A stretch of 30,179 nt of DNA from Phycisphaerales bacterium (GCA_044348205.1 JBIKTI010000001.1:1-30179), one strand, 5' to 3'. Counted from the first letter of the stretch, positions 1 to 9,312 are shown. Notes: generated from the letters alone by a model not told the origin. Made by a program: numbers and translations.

Positions 1-129
1 GTGCCACGCGGTCGACGCGCCCACGATTCCCGCGCCGACGACGACGACATGGCGCCCGCGCGACGCGGGAGCCGCCGCCGAGGTGAGAGCGTGGTGCGTG
101 AAGGAACCTGGCGCGCCTGGATCGGACAT
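1..129 (-). CDS. FAD-dependent oxidoreductase (DAO/DadA-like), 5' part only; runs off the left edge
   Basis: Not in the ORF track. Minus-strand translation from ATG at 129: MSDPGAPGSFTHHALTSAAAPASRGRHVVVVGAGIVGASTAWH, a beta-strand plus GxGxxG Rossmann FAD-binding motif typical of DAO-family N-termini. Confidence 0.75.
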   Translation of the reverse strand, partial: MSDPGAPGSFTHHALTSAAAPASRGRHVVVVGAGIVGASTAWH

Positions 130-220
130 GCCGCGCAGGGTAGCGCGGCCAAAAGAGCGCGGAGCGGACGCCGGCGCCAGGCCGACGCCCGCTCCGCGGG
201 GCGCTTCGGGTCGGTCGAAA

Positions 221-1354
221 TCAGCCCTTCTTGAGGGCGGCCTCGTACTCGGCGAGCACGGTGACCATCTCGTCCTTCATGCGGCCATCCGCGGACTTTG
301 CGATCGCGGACTTCTGCAGCTCGATCGCGCGCACCGTGTTCCCCATGCGGAACTCGACGCGGGCGAGGGTGTCGAGGATCGATCCGTCGTTCTCCTTGGT
401 CAGCTCGACCGCGCGCGAGGCGGCCTTGTGCGCGATCGCGAGGTTCGGCTCGGCGACGCCACCGCTTGGGTCGACGATCGTCCACGCGAGCGCGTTGAGC
501 ATCATGGCGTTGCCGTTTGCGTTCGCGAGGATCTCCTCCGCGATCGGCCACGCCTCTGCGGGCAGCTTCGCGGGGCCCGCGAGCACCTGGACGAGCGTCA
601 TGCGCAGGTCGTCGCTCGGCCGCTTCGCAAGCTGCTCGCGCAGCGCGGCGAGCACCTCTGTGTAGTCGCCGCTCTGGCGCGCGGCGCGCATCGCCATCGA
701 GATCGCGCGGCGCGCCGCCTCTGCCTCGCGGCGCGTGCTGAACTCCGCCTTCGCGGCGTCGATGTCCCAGCTGCCCGCGACGATCTTCTCGAGGGGTGCA
801 TCCATCGACATCGGGTGGCCGATCCACGCGACGCGGCCTTCGCCGTCGACGATGAAGGTGCAGGGGATGCCCGACTGCCCTGCGGCCTCCATCCACGGAC
901 GGCTCATCTTCGCGCGGTCCCCGACATAGGCGACGCGGTAGCCCATGCCGTCGCCCTTGCCGTCGACGAACTCCTTCACCTTCGCGAACTTCGCTGCCTC
1001 GTCAGGGCCGCGCTCGCTTGCGGCGACGCCGACGAAGCGGACATCGGGGTACTTCGCCTGAAGCTCGGTGAGATGCGGGATGGCTGCGATGCACGGTCCG
1101 CACCAGGTCGCCCAGAACTCCATCACATGGACCTTGCCCGACTCGAGCGACTCGAAGGGGTCGCCCTTCGCCCAGCTGTCGACCGCGAACGCGGGCGCCT
1201 TGTCGCCGATTGAAAGCGGCGCGGGGGCAGCGGGGCGCTCCTGCGCTGCGGGCGACGCGGGAGCGATCTTCGTCGCAGGCACGGCGTCCTGCATCGGTGC
1301 GATCGGGAGGAGCGAGAGAACGGCCGCAAGCGAGAGCGTGGTCAGCATGGTCAT
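221..1354 (-). CDS. Exported TlpA/ResA-like thiol-disulfide oxidoreductase (redoxin) with C-terminal alpha-helical (TPR-like) extension
   Basis: N-terminal hydrophobic signal; LSIGDKAPAF, EFWATWCGPC (CxxC), GIPCTFIVDGEGRVAWIGHP; C-terminal LNALAW...ILDTLARVEF helical repeats. AAAGG upstream of ATG. Confidence 0.85.
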   Translation of the reverse strand: MTMLTTLSLAAVLSLLPIAPMQDAVPATKIAPASPAAQERPAAPAPLSIGDKAPAFAVDSWAKGDPFESLESGKVHVMEFWATWCGPCIAAIPHLTELQAKYPDVRFVGVAASERGPDEAAKFAKVKEFVDGKGDGMGYRVAYVGDRAKMSRPWMEAAGQSGIPCTFIVDGEGRVAWIGHPMSMDAPLEKIVAGSWDIDAAKAEFSTRREAEAARRAISMAMRAARQSGDYTEVLAALREQLAKRPSDDLRMTLVQVLAGPAKLPAEAWPIAEEILANANGNAMMLNALAWTIVDPSGGVAEPNLAIAHKAASRAVELTKENDGSILDTLARVEFRMGNTVRAIELQKSAIAKSADGRMKDEMVTVLAEYEAALKKG

Positions 1355-1462
1355 GGTGCCTTTCGTGCTGTGTGCGAGCGCACACTGTACACGCGGCCAC
1401 CGCGGGCGGAGCCTGTCTTTCGCGAGGTCTGTGCGAGGAAACGGCCGCAGCGCGGCGTCCGT

Positions 1463-2308
1463 TCAGCGCAGCGCGGCCTCGACCGTGTTGCGAAGAAGCA
1501 TCGCCACGGTCATCGGCCCGACGCCACCCGGGACAGGGGAGAGATGACCCGCCACATCGCACACCTCGTCGAACGCGACATCGCCGACCGTCATCGACTT
1601 CCCGTCGGGGCCAGCGACTCGGTTGATTCCGACATCGATCACGACGGCGCCTGGCTTCACCATGTCGCCCGTGATGAGCCTCGGCACGCCCGCGGCAGCC
1701 ACGAGAACATCCGCCGAGCGCGTGAGGTCTGCGATGCCGCGGGTGAACTTGTTGGTCGAGATCACCGTCGCCTCCGCGCGCATCAGGAGGACCGCGATCG
1801 GCTTTCCGACGATGTTCGACGCGCCCACGATGACGCAGCGCGCGCCGCGCAGCTCGACGCCCGTCGACTCGATCATCTCGACCGACGCGAGCGCGGTGCA
1901 GGGCACGAGGCTGCGTCGCCCATAGACGACATTGCCGATGTTCGCGGGGTTGACGCCCTCGACATCCTTCTCGGGCGCGATGAGCGACTGGATGCGCTCG
2001 ACATCGACGCCCGCGGGAAGCGGGAGGTGCAGCATGATCGCGCGCACATCGTCTTCCGTGTTGAGAAGGAGGATGCGCCCCGCGATGTCGTCGTAGCCCG
2101 CGCCGTCGGGCAGGCGGTGGAGGCGGTAGTCGATGCCGACAGCGGCGCAGGTCTTCGCCTGGTTCTCCGCGTAGATCGCGGCCGCGCGGTCGCTGCCGAC
2201 GAGCACGGCATCGAGCCGCACGGGTCGCCCCGCGGCCTTGATTCGCGCGACGAGGTTCTCGCGGACGCGCGCGCTGAGTTCCTTGCCGTCGATGACTCGC
2301 GCGGTCAT
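1463..2308 (-). CDS. folD: FolD-family methylenetetrahydrofolate dehydrogenase/cyclohydrolase (atypical catalytic residues)
   Basis: 3' part of track ORF 1463..3295; true start MTARVIDGK at 2308 (ATGA overlap with purC stop). Motifs LPLP, KDVEG, PCT, VGASNIVGKP, VIDVGINR, GDV, PVPGGVGPMTVAML. Confidence 0.92.
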   Translation of the reverse strand: MTARVIDGKELSARVRENLVARIKAAGRPVRLDAVLVGSDRAAAIYAENQAKTCAAVGIDYRLHRLPDGAGYDDIAGRILLLNTEDDVRAIMLHLPLPAGVDVERIQSLIAPEKDVEGVNPANIGNVVYGRRSLVPCTALASVEMIESTGVELRGARCVIVGASNIVGKPIAVLLMRAEATVISTNKFTRGIADLTRSADVLVAAAGVPRLITGDMVKPGAVVIDVGINRVAGPDGKSMTVGDVAFDEVCDVAGHLSPVPGGVGPMTVAMLLRNTVEAALR

Positions 2309-3315
2309 CGCGCGCCTCCCGTGGCTCGCGCGTCGAACGCAGGCAGCGCGAGCTTCGCCAGCGCCTCTTCGTAGCGCGCGATCGTCGCAGCGACGACATC
2401 GGCGGGTAGCTCGGGGCCAGGCGCCTCCTTGTTCCACTTCTTCTCCGCGACGAGCCGCAGGAGATGGTTCCGCACGAACTGCTTGTCGTAGCTCTGCTGG
2501 TCGCGGCCGGCCGCATAGTCGTCCGCGGGCCAGTAGCGCGACGAATCGGGGGTCAGCACCTCGTCGACGAGGATGAGTTCGTCGGTCGCTGCGCCGTCGG
2601 CGCCAAGCGCGAAGCCGAACTCGAACTTCGTGTCCGCGAGGATCACGCCGCGGGAAAGCGCGTACTCCGAGGCCGTCGAGTAGATCGCGAGGGTGAACGC
2701 GCGGAGCCGCTCCATCAGCCCGCGCCCGACGAGCTCGCACGCGCGCTCGAACGGGATGTTCTCGTCGTGGCCCTCTTCGGCCTTCGTCGCGGGCGTGAAG
2801 ATCGGCTCGGGCAGGCGCGCGCACTGGGTCAGGCCCGCGGGCAGCGGAATGCCGCACACCGTTCCCGACTGCTGATACTCGACCCAGCCGCTCCCCGCGA
2901 GGTAGCCGCGCGCCACGCACTCGATCGGCACGACCTTCGCCGCGCGGCACAGCATCGAGCGGCCCGCGAGCATGGCGCGGTCGGCGTCGGAGAGCCCCGC
3001 GACCGACGAGAGGTCTGTGCCGAGCACATGGTCGCCGACGAGCCCGCGCGTCCTGAGGAACGCGAACCACCCGAGGCTCATCGTGGTGAGGATCCGACCC
3101 TTCCCTGGAACGGGCGTCGGCATCACCACATCGAACGCGCTCAGCCGATCGGTCGCCACGATGAGGAGCGGCGACGCGGGGTCTGTCGCGGTGCGGTAGA
3201 CATCGCGCACCTTCCCTTGGCGCCTGCCGGGAAGCTGGAAGTCGGTGCGGAAGACGCCCTCGCGCGAGGTCGTCGCCAATGGTGCCGCAGAACATGCAGG
3301 AATCGAAGAGGCCAT
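2305..3315 (-). CDS. purC: Phosphoribosylaminoimidazole-succinocarboxamide (SAICAR) synthase
   Basis: GKVRDVY, TDRLSAFD, GKGRILT, PIECVARGYLAGSG, LPEPIFTPATK, GHDENI, ILADTKFEFG, DEVLTPDSSRYW, DKQFVR. Start set at ATG 3315 (uncertain); the longer track N-terminus looks non-coding. Confidence 0.93.
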   Translation of the reverse strand: MASSIPACSAAPLATTSREGVFRTDFQLPGRRQGKVRDVYRTATDPASPLLIVATDRLSAFDVVMPTPVPGKGRILTTMSLGWFAFLRTRGLVGDHVLGTDLSSVAGLSDADRAMLAGRSMLCRAAKVVPIECVARGYLAGSGWVEYQQSGTVCGIPLPAGLTQCARLPEPIFTPATKAEEGHDENIPFERACELVGRGLMERLRAFTLAIYSTASEYALSRGVILADTKFEFGFALGADGAATDELILVDEVLTPDSSRYWPADDYAAGRDQQSYDKQFVRNHLLRLVAEKKWNKEAPGPELPADVVAATIARYEEALAKLALPAFDARATGGAR

Positions 3316-3473
3316 CCGCAGGGAGAGTACACTTGAACAGGGCGCCGCGTGCCGCGGCAGAGTCCTGGCGACCGCGGGTCGTCGATGCGACGCTTTTTTC
3401 GCCTTCTCACGCCGTTCCTCACGCCTTCCCGCCATCCGCCGTCCGCTCCTGCGTTCCTTCTTCCCCCGTCGCC

Positions 3474-5081
3474 GTGCACCAGTTCCGCGTCCATGATCCG
3501 CTCGGCCCCGACCCGCGCGCGCCCGCCGCGCGCGGCGAAGGCGGCCAGCTGCAGTGGGACCTTTCCTCGTGCCACCTCCTCGGCCCCGACGGACGGCCCG
3601 CGCGCGGCGCGTTCAAGCAGGTGAACGGCTCGATCTACGCCCGCCCGGCGAACGACACCCCGATCGGCCTCGCGCTCGTGGTCGATGTCGGGCCGCGCGG
3701 GCGCATGATGCTCCAGACCTGCTTCCTCCCCGCGCGGGAGCGGCCGTACGAGCTCTTCCTCGAGATCGCGCGCTGGCTCATCAAGCAGTTCGTCGAGGAC
3801 TGCGAGACCTGGCAGATGTGGAACCCCGCGCTCGCGCAGGACGCGATCGAGCTCTGGGAGCGCGCGCGCGCCTCGTTCCGCGAGGCCCTGCGCTGCGACG
3901 ACCCCGTGGAGGCCGAGCACCTCGCGCGCCGCGCCGTGGCAGACGGCCTCGACGCAGGCGAGGCGCTCGCGGTCCATCACGCCGATCACCTCGTCTCGCG
4001 GCGCGCGCGCCGCAAGGCCGTCAGCGCGACCACGCTCGGCGTCTGCATCGACCCTGCGGTCGCGCCCAACGCCGCCAGCGTCGCAGCGCTGCGCCGCTTC
4101 GATGTCGCGTGCGTGCGGACGCCGTGGCGGCTCATCGAGCCCGTCGAGGGCAAGCTCGACTTCTCGCCCATCGATGCGTGGGTCAAGAGCTGCCTCGCCG
4201 AGCGGAAGCCCGTCGTGCTCGGGCCGTTCGTCGACTTCGGCACGACCGACGGCGAGCCGCACGCGCTGCCGCAGCATGTGCTTGCCGCGCGCGGCGACCC
4301 GAAGAGGATGCGAGAGCTCGTGTGGGCGCATGTGCGCGCGCTCGCAGCGCGCTACGCCCGCACGACCCCGCTCGTGATCGCCGCGAGCGGCGCCAACTGC
4401 GCGGGCTGGCACGACGAAGGCATCGACCGCATGGTCGACCTCACGCGCACTGCGGTCGCCGCAGTCCGCGATGCCGCGCGCGAGGCGAAGGTCATCGTCG
4501 AGCTCCAGTCGCCCGCCGCCGAGAGCTGGCGCGGCACGAAGGGGACTGCCTGGCCGACCTCGTTCCTGCAGCGGCTCGTCGCGGAGAACCTCAACCTCGC
4601 TGCCGCAGGCGTGCGCATCGTGCAGGGCGCTTCGGGCGACCCCGTGCGCGACCTGATGACGACCGCGGGTCTTCTCGACGGCTATGTCGGGCGCGAGCTC
4701 CCCGTCTTCGTCACGGGTTTCGGCGTCCCGAGCGCGGACGACGGCGCTGCGATCTCGTTCGCGCGCGGGGTGTGGACGCCGCGTCGGGCGAGCGGCGCGT
4801 CCACAGGCGCGTCCACCGAGCCTCCGCAGGACGATTCGCCGCCCAAGTGGTCGCAGCGCACGCAGGCCGAGTGGGGCGGGGCGCTCTTCTCGATCATCCT
4901 CGCGCGCACCTTCCTCGAGGGCGCGTGGTGGTCGCGGCTTCAGGACGCTCCAGATGGCCCGCGCGACGGCGTTCTCGACGCACAGGGGCAGCCGAAGCCC
5001 GTCTTCGCGCGGCTGTTGTCGATGCGTGAGCGGATCGAGCGCGACGCAAAGGCCGTGCAGTCGTCGAGGGCTGCGCGATGA
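3474..5081 (+). CDS. Hypothetical protein with C-terminal GH10-like (beta/alpha)8 domain, probably non-catalytic
   Basis: Track ORF 3279..5081; likely GTG start 3474. WRLIEPVEGKLDFSPIDAWV and LPVFVTGFGVPS resemble GH10/clan-A segments. N-terminal LQTCFLPARERPYELFLEIAR domain. Stop overlaps comEA start (ATGA). Confidence 0.6.
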   Translation: MHQFRVHDPLGPDPRAPAARGEGGQLQWDLSSCHLLGPDGRPARGAFKQVNGSIYARPANDTPIGLALVVDVGPRGRMMLQTCFLPARERPYELFLEIARWLIKQFVEDCETWQMWNPALAQDAIELWERARASFREALRCDDPVEAEHLARRAVADGLDAGEALAVHHADHLVSRRARRKAVSATTLGVCIDPAVAPNAASVAALRRFDVACVRTPWRLIEPVEGKLDFSPIDAWVKSCLAERKPVVLGPFVDFGTTDGEPHALPQHVLAARGDPKRMRELVWAHVRALAARYARTTPLVIAASGANCAGWHDEGIDRMVDLTRTAVAAVRDAAREAKVIVELQSPAAESWRGTKGTAWPTSFLQRLVAENLNLAAAGVRIVQGASGDPVRDLMTTAGLLDGYVGRELPVFVTGFGVPSADDGAAISFARGVWTPRRASGASTGASTEPPQDDSPPKWSQRTQAEWGGALFSIILARTFLEGAWWSRLQDAPDGPRDGVLDAQGQPKPVFARLLSMRERIERDAKAVQSSRAAR

Positions 5082-5494
5082 GCGGCGGAGCGAACATGGC
5101 GAACGGGCATGCGCCTTCCTCCCGCGGCCCCGCATCGCTCGCTGGTTTTGCGGCGTGGGCGGTCGTCGGCATCGTCATCGCTGCGGCCGCGCTCGTCCGC
5201 GACGTCCCACGCGACGGGTCCCTGTTGCCTGCGCCGCGCGTCGCGCCGCCCATCCACCGCGTCGATCTCGCGCAGGCGGGCGCCGACGAGATCGCGCTTC
5301 TCCCCGAGATCGGTCCGCGCCTTGCGGCCGCGATCGTGGCCGACCGCGACGCGCACGGCGCGTTCGAGTCGGTCGACGACCTCTTGCGCGTGCGTGGCAT
5401 CGGCCCCGCGAAGCTGGCGCTCCTCGCTGACTGCGTCCGCGTGGCGGGAGGCGACGAGGCATCGGAACCCGACGCCGCGCGGGGCGCGCCATGA
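5078..5494 (+). CDS. comEA: ComEA-family helix-hairpin-helix DNA-binding membrane protein
   Basis: One N-terminal TM segment (FAAWAVVGIVIAAAALV), then VDLAQAGADEIALLPEIGPRLAAAIVADRDAHGAFESVDDLLRVRGIGPAKL (two HhH motifs). Confidence 0.8.
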   Translation: MSGGANMANGHAPSSRGPASLAGFAAWAVVGIVIAAAALVRDVPRDGSLLPAPRVAPPIHRVDLAQAGADEIALLPEIGPRLAAAIVADRDAHGAFESVDDLLRVRGIGPAKLALLADCVRVAGGDEASEPDAARGAP

Positions 5495-8400
5495 GCGGTG
5501 CGACAGGCGTCGTCGACATCGAGCCGACCGTGTCCACGCTCCTCGAGCGGCATCTCGCGCCGCTTGTCGCGCGCGCCCTTGGCCGTGGCGGCACCGTCGC
5601 CGTCGAGGGCTCCGCGGGAAGCCTCCCGTCCTTCATCGCGCTCGCCGCGACGCGATCGGCCGACCGCGTCCCGACGGGGACCGTTCTTCTCGTCGTCGCC
5701 CATCTCGACGAAGCCGACGACGCTGTCGAGGAACTGCGCGCGCTCGGGGTCGATGCAGCGCTCTTCCCTGCGATCGAGGTCCTTCCGGGCGAATCCGCGC
5801 CGAGCGCGGAGCTCACCGTCGCGCGCCTCGCCGTCGTGCGCAAGCTCGCGGAGGGCGCCGCGCCAGTCGCGATCGTGGCGCCGTTCGCAGCGCTCATGCA
5901 GGCCGTTCCCGAGCCAGACCGCCTGCCGAGACTCGTGCGCACGCTGCGGGCGGGAATGCGCGTCTCCTCGACCGAATTCGTGGCGTGGCTCGTCGACGGG
6001 GGCTATGCGCGCGTCGACGCGGTCGAGTCGCCCGGCGAGGTCGCCGTGCGTGGTGGCATCGTCGATGTCTGCCCGCCGGGCGGCGGCGCGCCCGTCAGGC
6101 TCGATTTCTTCGGCGACGAGATCGAGCGCATCTTCGAGATCGATCTCGCGACGCAGGCCTCCGACCGCCGCATCGACTCGGTCGAGCTCGTCGCGGTTGA
6201 GCTCGACGCCGTGCTCGGGGACGCGAAGACCGGCAAGGGCGCGCGGCCGCTTGCGGACGGGCTTCCCGACGGCACCATCGTCGTCCTCGCGGAGATGTCG
6301 GAGATCCTCGAGCAGGCGCGCGCCTACTGGGATCGCGTGCGCGACGGGCGCGGCGTCTACGCGCCGCCCGCGACGCTGACGTCGCTCGCGCGCCGCGCGG
6401 CTGCGGTGCTCGAACTGCACGCGTTCGGCTCCGCGGGCGGCGGCGCGGGCGTCGAGCGGCTCGGCGCGCGCGTCCTGCCCGCCTTCGACGAGGACGCGCA
6501 CCGCGCGGCGGGCGAGTTCACAGCGCTCTCCGCGGGTTCGGCCGCGCGCGCGATCTTCTGCGAGAGCGATGCAGAGCGCGCGCGCATCAGCGACATCCTC
6601 GCGCGACACACTCCTGTCAACGAAGTCTCGCGGCCCGTTGCGCACCTCGCGCGCGGCTTCGCGATCGGCGAGGGCGCGGACGCTGTCGTCCTTGTGCCGG
6701 CGTCGGAACTCCTCCACCGCGCGCCCGTGCGGCGCCGCGGCAGGTCGCTCGCGGGCGGCCGCGCCAAGGACGCGTTCCTCGCCTTCGAGGCGGGCGACTA
6801 TGTCGTCCACCGCGACCACGGCATCGCGCGCTTCGTCGGCCTGCAGATGCTGTCGCCGGACGGCGAGCGCGCGGCCGACCGCAGCGCGGCGCAGGAGTTC
6901 CTCACGCTCGAGTTCGACCAGGGTGCCAAGATCCATGTGCCCGCGTCGCGCATCGAGCTCGTCCAGCGCTATGTCGGCGCGGGCGGCACGAGGCCGAAGC
7001 TGTCGACCCTCGGCGGGCGCCGCTGGAAGAAGGCGAAGGAGGAGGCCGAGGAGAGTGCGCGGGACTTCGCGGGCGAGCTGCTGCGCGTGCAGGCCGCGCG
7101 CGCGGCGACGAAGGGCATCGCCTACCCCGCCGACAGCGACTGGCAGCGCGAGTTCGAGGCGCAGTTTCCCTATGAGGAGACGGAGGACCAGCTGACCGCG
7201 ATCGGCGCGACCAAGCGCGACATGGAGCGCGCGCGGCCGATGGACCGCCTCGTCTGCGGCGATGTCGGCTTCGGCAAGACGGAGATCGCGATCCGCGCGG
7301 CGTTCAAGGCCGTCGACTCGGGCAAGCAGGTCGCTGTCCTCGTGCCGACGACCGTCCTCTGCGAGCAGCATGAGCGCAGCTTCCGCGACCGTTTCCGTGG
7401 ATATCCCTTCCGCGTCGAGAGCGTGAGCCGATTCAAGACCGACGCCGAGCAGCGCGCCACGCTCGACGCCCTCGCGCGGGGCGAGGTCGATGTCATCATC
7501 GGCACGCACCGCGTTCTCTCGAAGGATGTCGTCTTCAAGGACCTCGGCCTCGTCGTCGTCGACGAGGAGCAACGCTTCGGCGTCGAGCACAAGACGCGGC
7601 TGCTCGAGTTCCGGGTGACGGCCGATGTCCTCACGCTCTCGGCGACGCCGATCCCGCGCACGCTGCACATGTCGATGCTCGGCCTGCGCGACATCAGCTC
7701 GCTCACGACAGCGCCCGCCGATCGCCGCGCGATCGTGACCGAGGCGATTCCCCACAACGAGCGCCGCATACAGCAGGCGCTGCAGCGCGAGCTCGCGCGC
7801 GAGGGGCAGGTCTTCTTCGTCCACAACAGGATCAGCGACCTCTTCACCGTCGCAGACGACATCCAGCGCCTCGCGCCAGGCGCGCGCATCGCGATCGGCC
7901 ACGGCCAGATGCCGCCGAAGGAGCTCGAGGACGCGATGCTCCGCTTCATGCGCCGCGAGGCCGACATCCTCGTGTCGACCACGATCATCGAGTCGGGCAT
8001 CGACATCCCGACCGCGAACACGATGATCATCAACAACGCGCACATGTTCGGCCTCGCCGAGCTCCACCAGCTGCGCGGCCGCGTCGGGCGCTGGAAGCAC
8101 CGCGCCTACTGCTACCTCGTCCTCCCGAAGGACCGCCCCGTGCGCGAGGAGGCGCTGAAGAGGCTGCACGCCCTCGAGGAGTTCTCCATGCTCGGCGCGG
8201 GGTTCCGCATCGCCATGCGCGACCTCGAGATCCGCGGCGCGGGCAACCTCCTCGGCGAGGAGCAGAGCGGCCACATCGCGGCTGTCGGCTACGAGATGTA
8301 CTGCCATCTCCTCGAGCAGGCCGTGGCCGCGCTCTCGAACGCGGTCAAGGTCACGCCGCTCGACACCGTCGTCGACATCGGGCTCGGCGGCAGCGTCCCG

Positions 8401-8796
8401 AAGGCGTGGATCCCAAGCGACGCGCGCCGCATGGAGGCCTATCGCCGCATCGGGCAGGCCGACACGCTCGCTGCGCTTGCAAAGGTCGCCGCCGACCTCG
8501 AGAGCGCGTACGGCGAGCCGCCCGCGGCGACGCGCGAACTCCTCGAGCTCGCGGAGATCCGCCTCCGCGCGGCTACGCTCGGCATCCGCACCCTCGTGCG
8601 CAAGGAGCAGGATGTGATCCTCCGCACCATGCGCCCGCGCGACCTCGAGAAGCTCTTCGCGGGGGTGCAGGGCGTCGTGCGCGTGGTCGGGTCGCCCGAC
8701 GACTCGGGTCTCACCGATGTCTACTTCAGGCCCCCGAAGGGCTTCCTCGAGCCGAAGTCGCTCTCCGCGGTTCTGCGGAAGCGGCTCGCGGTCTGA
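5491..8796 (+). CDS. mfd: Transcription-repair coupling factor
   Basis: 1101 aa. UvrB-like N-terminus (GEVAVRGGIVDV, VRLDFFGDEIE), RID (GDYVVHRDHGIARFVGL), PMDRLVCGDVGFGKTE, LVVVDEEQRFG, LSATPIPRTLHMS, QLRGRVGR, AMRDLEIRGAGNLLG, C-terminal TRCF domain. Confidence 0.97.
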   Translation: MSGATGVVDIEPTVSTLLERHLAPLVARALGRGGTVAVEGSAGSLPSFIALAATRSADRVPTGTVLLVVAHLDEADDAVEELRALGVDAALFPAIEVLPGESAPSAELTVARLAVVRKLAEGAAPVAIVAPFAALMQAVPEPDRLPRLVRTLRAGMRVSSTEFVAWLVDGGYARVDAVESPGEVAVRGGIVDVCPPGGGAPVRLDFFGDEIERIFEIDLATQASDRRIDSVELVAVELDAVLGDAKTGKGARPLADGLPDGTIVVLAEMSEILEQARAYWDRVRDGRGVYAPPATLTSLARRAAAVLELHAFGSAGGGAGVERLGARVLPAFDEDAHRAAGEFTALSAGSAARAIFCESDAERARISDILARHTPVNEVSRPVAHLARGFAIGEGADAVVLVPASELLHRAPVRRRGRSLAGGRAKDAFLAFEAGDYVVHRDHGIARFVGLQMLSPDGERAADRSAAQEFLTLEFDQGAKIHVPASRIELVQRYVGAGGTRPKLSTLGGRRWKKAKEEAEESARDFAGELLRVQAARAATKGIAYPADSDWQREFEAQFPYEETEDQLTAIGATKRDMERARPMDRLVCGDVGFGKTEIAIRAAFKAVDSGKQVAVLVPTTVLCEQHERSFRDRFRGYPFRVESVSRFKTDAEQRATLDALARGEVDVIIGTHRVLSKDVVFKDLGLVVVDEEQRFGVEHKTRLLEFRVTADVLTLSATPIPRTLHMSMLGLRDISSLTTAPADRRAIVTEAIPHNERRIQQALQRELAREGQVFFVHNRISDLFTVADDIQRLAPGARIAIGHGQMPPKELEDAMLRFMRREADILVSTTIIESGIDIPTANTMIINNAHMFGLAELHQLRGRVGRWKHRAYCYLVLPKDRPVREEALKRLHALEEFSMLGAGFRIAMRDLEIRGAGNLLGEEQSGHIAAVGYEMYCHLLEQAVAALSNAVKVTPLDTVVDIGLGGSVPKAWIPSDARRMEAYRRIGQADTLAALAKVAADLESAYGEPPAATRELLELAEIRLRAATLGIRTLVRKEQDVILRTMRPRDLEKLFAGVQGVVRVVGSPDDSGLTDVYFRPPKGFLEPKSLSAVLRKRLAV

Positions 8797-8943
8797 CGAT
8801 GCACGGAAGACGAAAATGCTGCGACACCTCTCGGGGTGGAGCCGATACATTCCACCGCCACGGGCGAGGAGCGCCCGAGCACGGCGCCTGAACAGGCGCG
8901 CCCCCAGAGTTGACGGAAAGTGAACACTCCAAGGATGGAACCC

Positions 8944-9312
8944 ATGCCCGCCACAGCCACGACCCGACGCGAAGTCCTGCCGCAGACCCGTCGTTCCGTC
9001 ACCCACAAGTTCGCGATCAACGGCCACGAGGGCTACCTGAGCATCGGCCTCTTCGAGGATGGCCGCCCTGGCGAGATCTTCATCAAGATGTCGAAGGAGG
9101 GCTCGACGCTCTCAGGCCTCATCCAAGGCTTCTGCCGCGCGTTCAGCCTCTGCCTCCAGCACGGGCTTCCGATCGACGAGGCCTGCGAGCGCTTCCGCGG
9201 CATGCGCTTCGAGCCGATGGGCGCGACCTCGAATCCCGAGATCCCCGAGTGCTCGAGCATCCTCGACTATGTCGCGCGCTACCTGCAGTACGAGTTCTGC
9301 GGCACCCGCTGA
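8944..9312 (+). CDS. Stand-alone TSCPD-domain protein (homologous to the C-terminal domain of class II B12-dependent ribonucleotide reductase; NrdJb-like)
   Basis: RREVLPQTRRSVTHKFAINGHEGYLSIGLFEDGRPGEIFIKMSKEGSTLSG...SLCLQHGLP...RFEPMG...SILDYVARYL matches my recollection of the NrdJ C-terminal domain. SD AAGGA 8931-8935 favours ATG 8944. Confidence 0.75.
   Translation: MPATATTRREVLPQTRRSVTHKFAINGHEGYLSIGLFEDGRPGEIFIKMSKEGSTLSGLIQGFCRAFSLCLQHGLPIDEACERFRGMRFEPMGATSNPEIPECSSILDYVARYLQYEFCGTR

Noticed and set aside
3316-3473. ZTP (pfl) riboswitch or PurR box upstream of purC-folD
   Set aside because: GGGTCGT and CTGGCGA fragments occur on the wrong strand and in the wrong order; no matching architecture.
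8797-8943. Cobalamin riboswitch or NrdR box before the TSCPD gene
   Set aside because: Only a CCGCCAC fragment resembles the consensus; no B12 box, the region is too short, and no NrdR-type palindrome is present.
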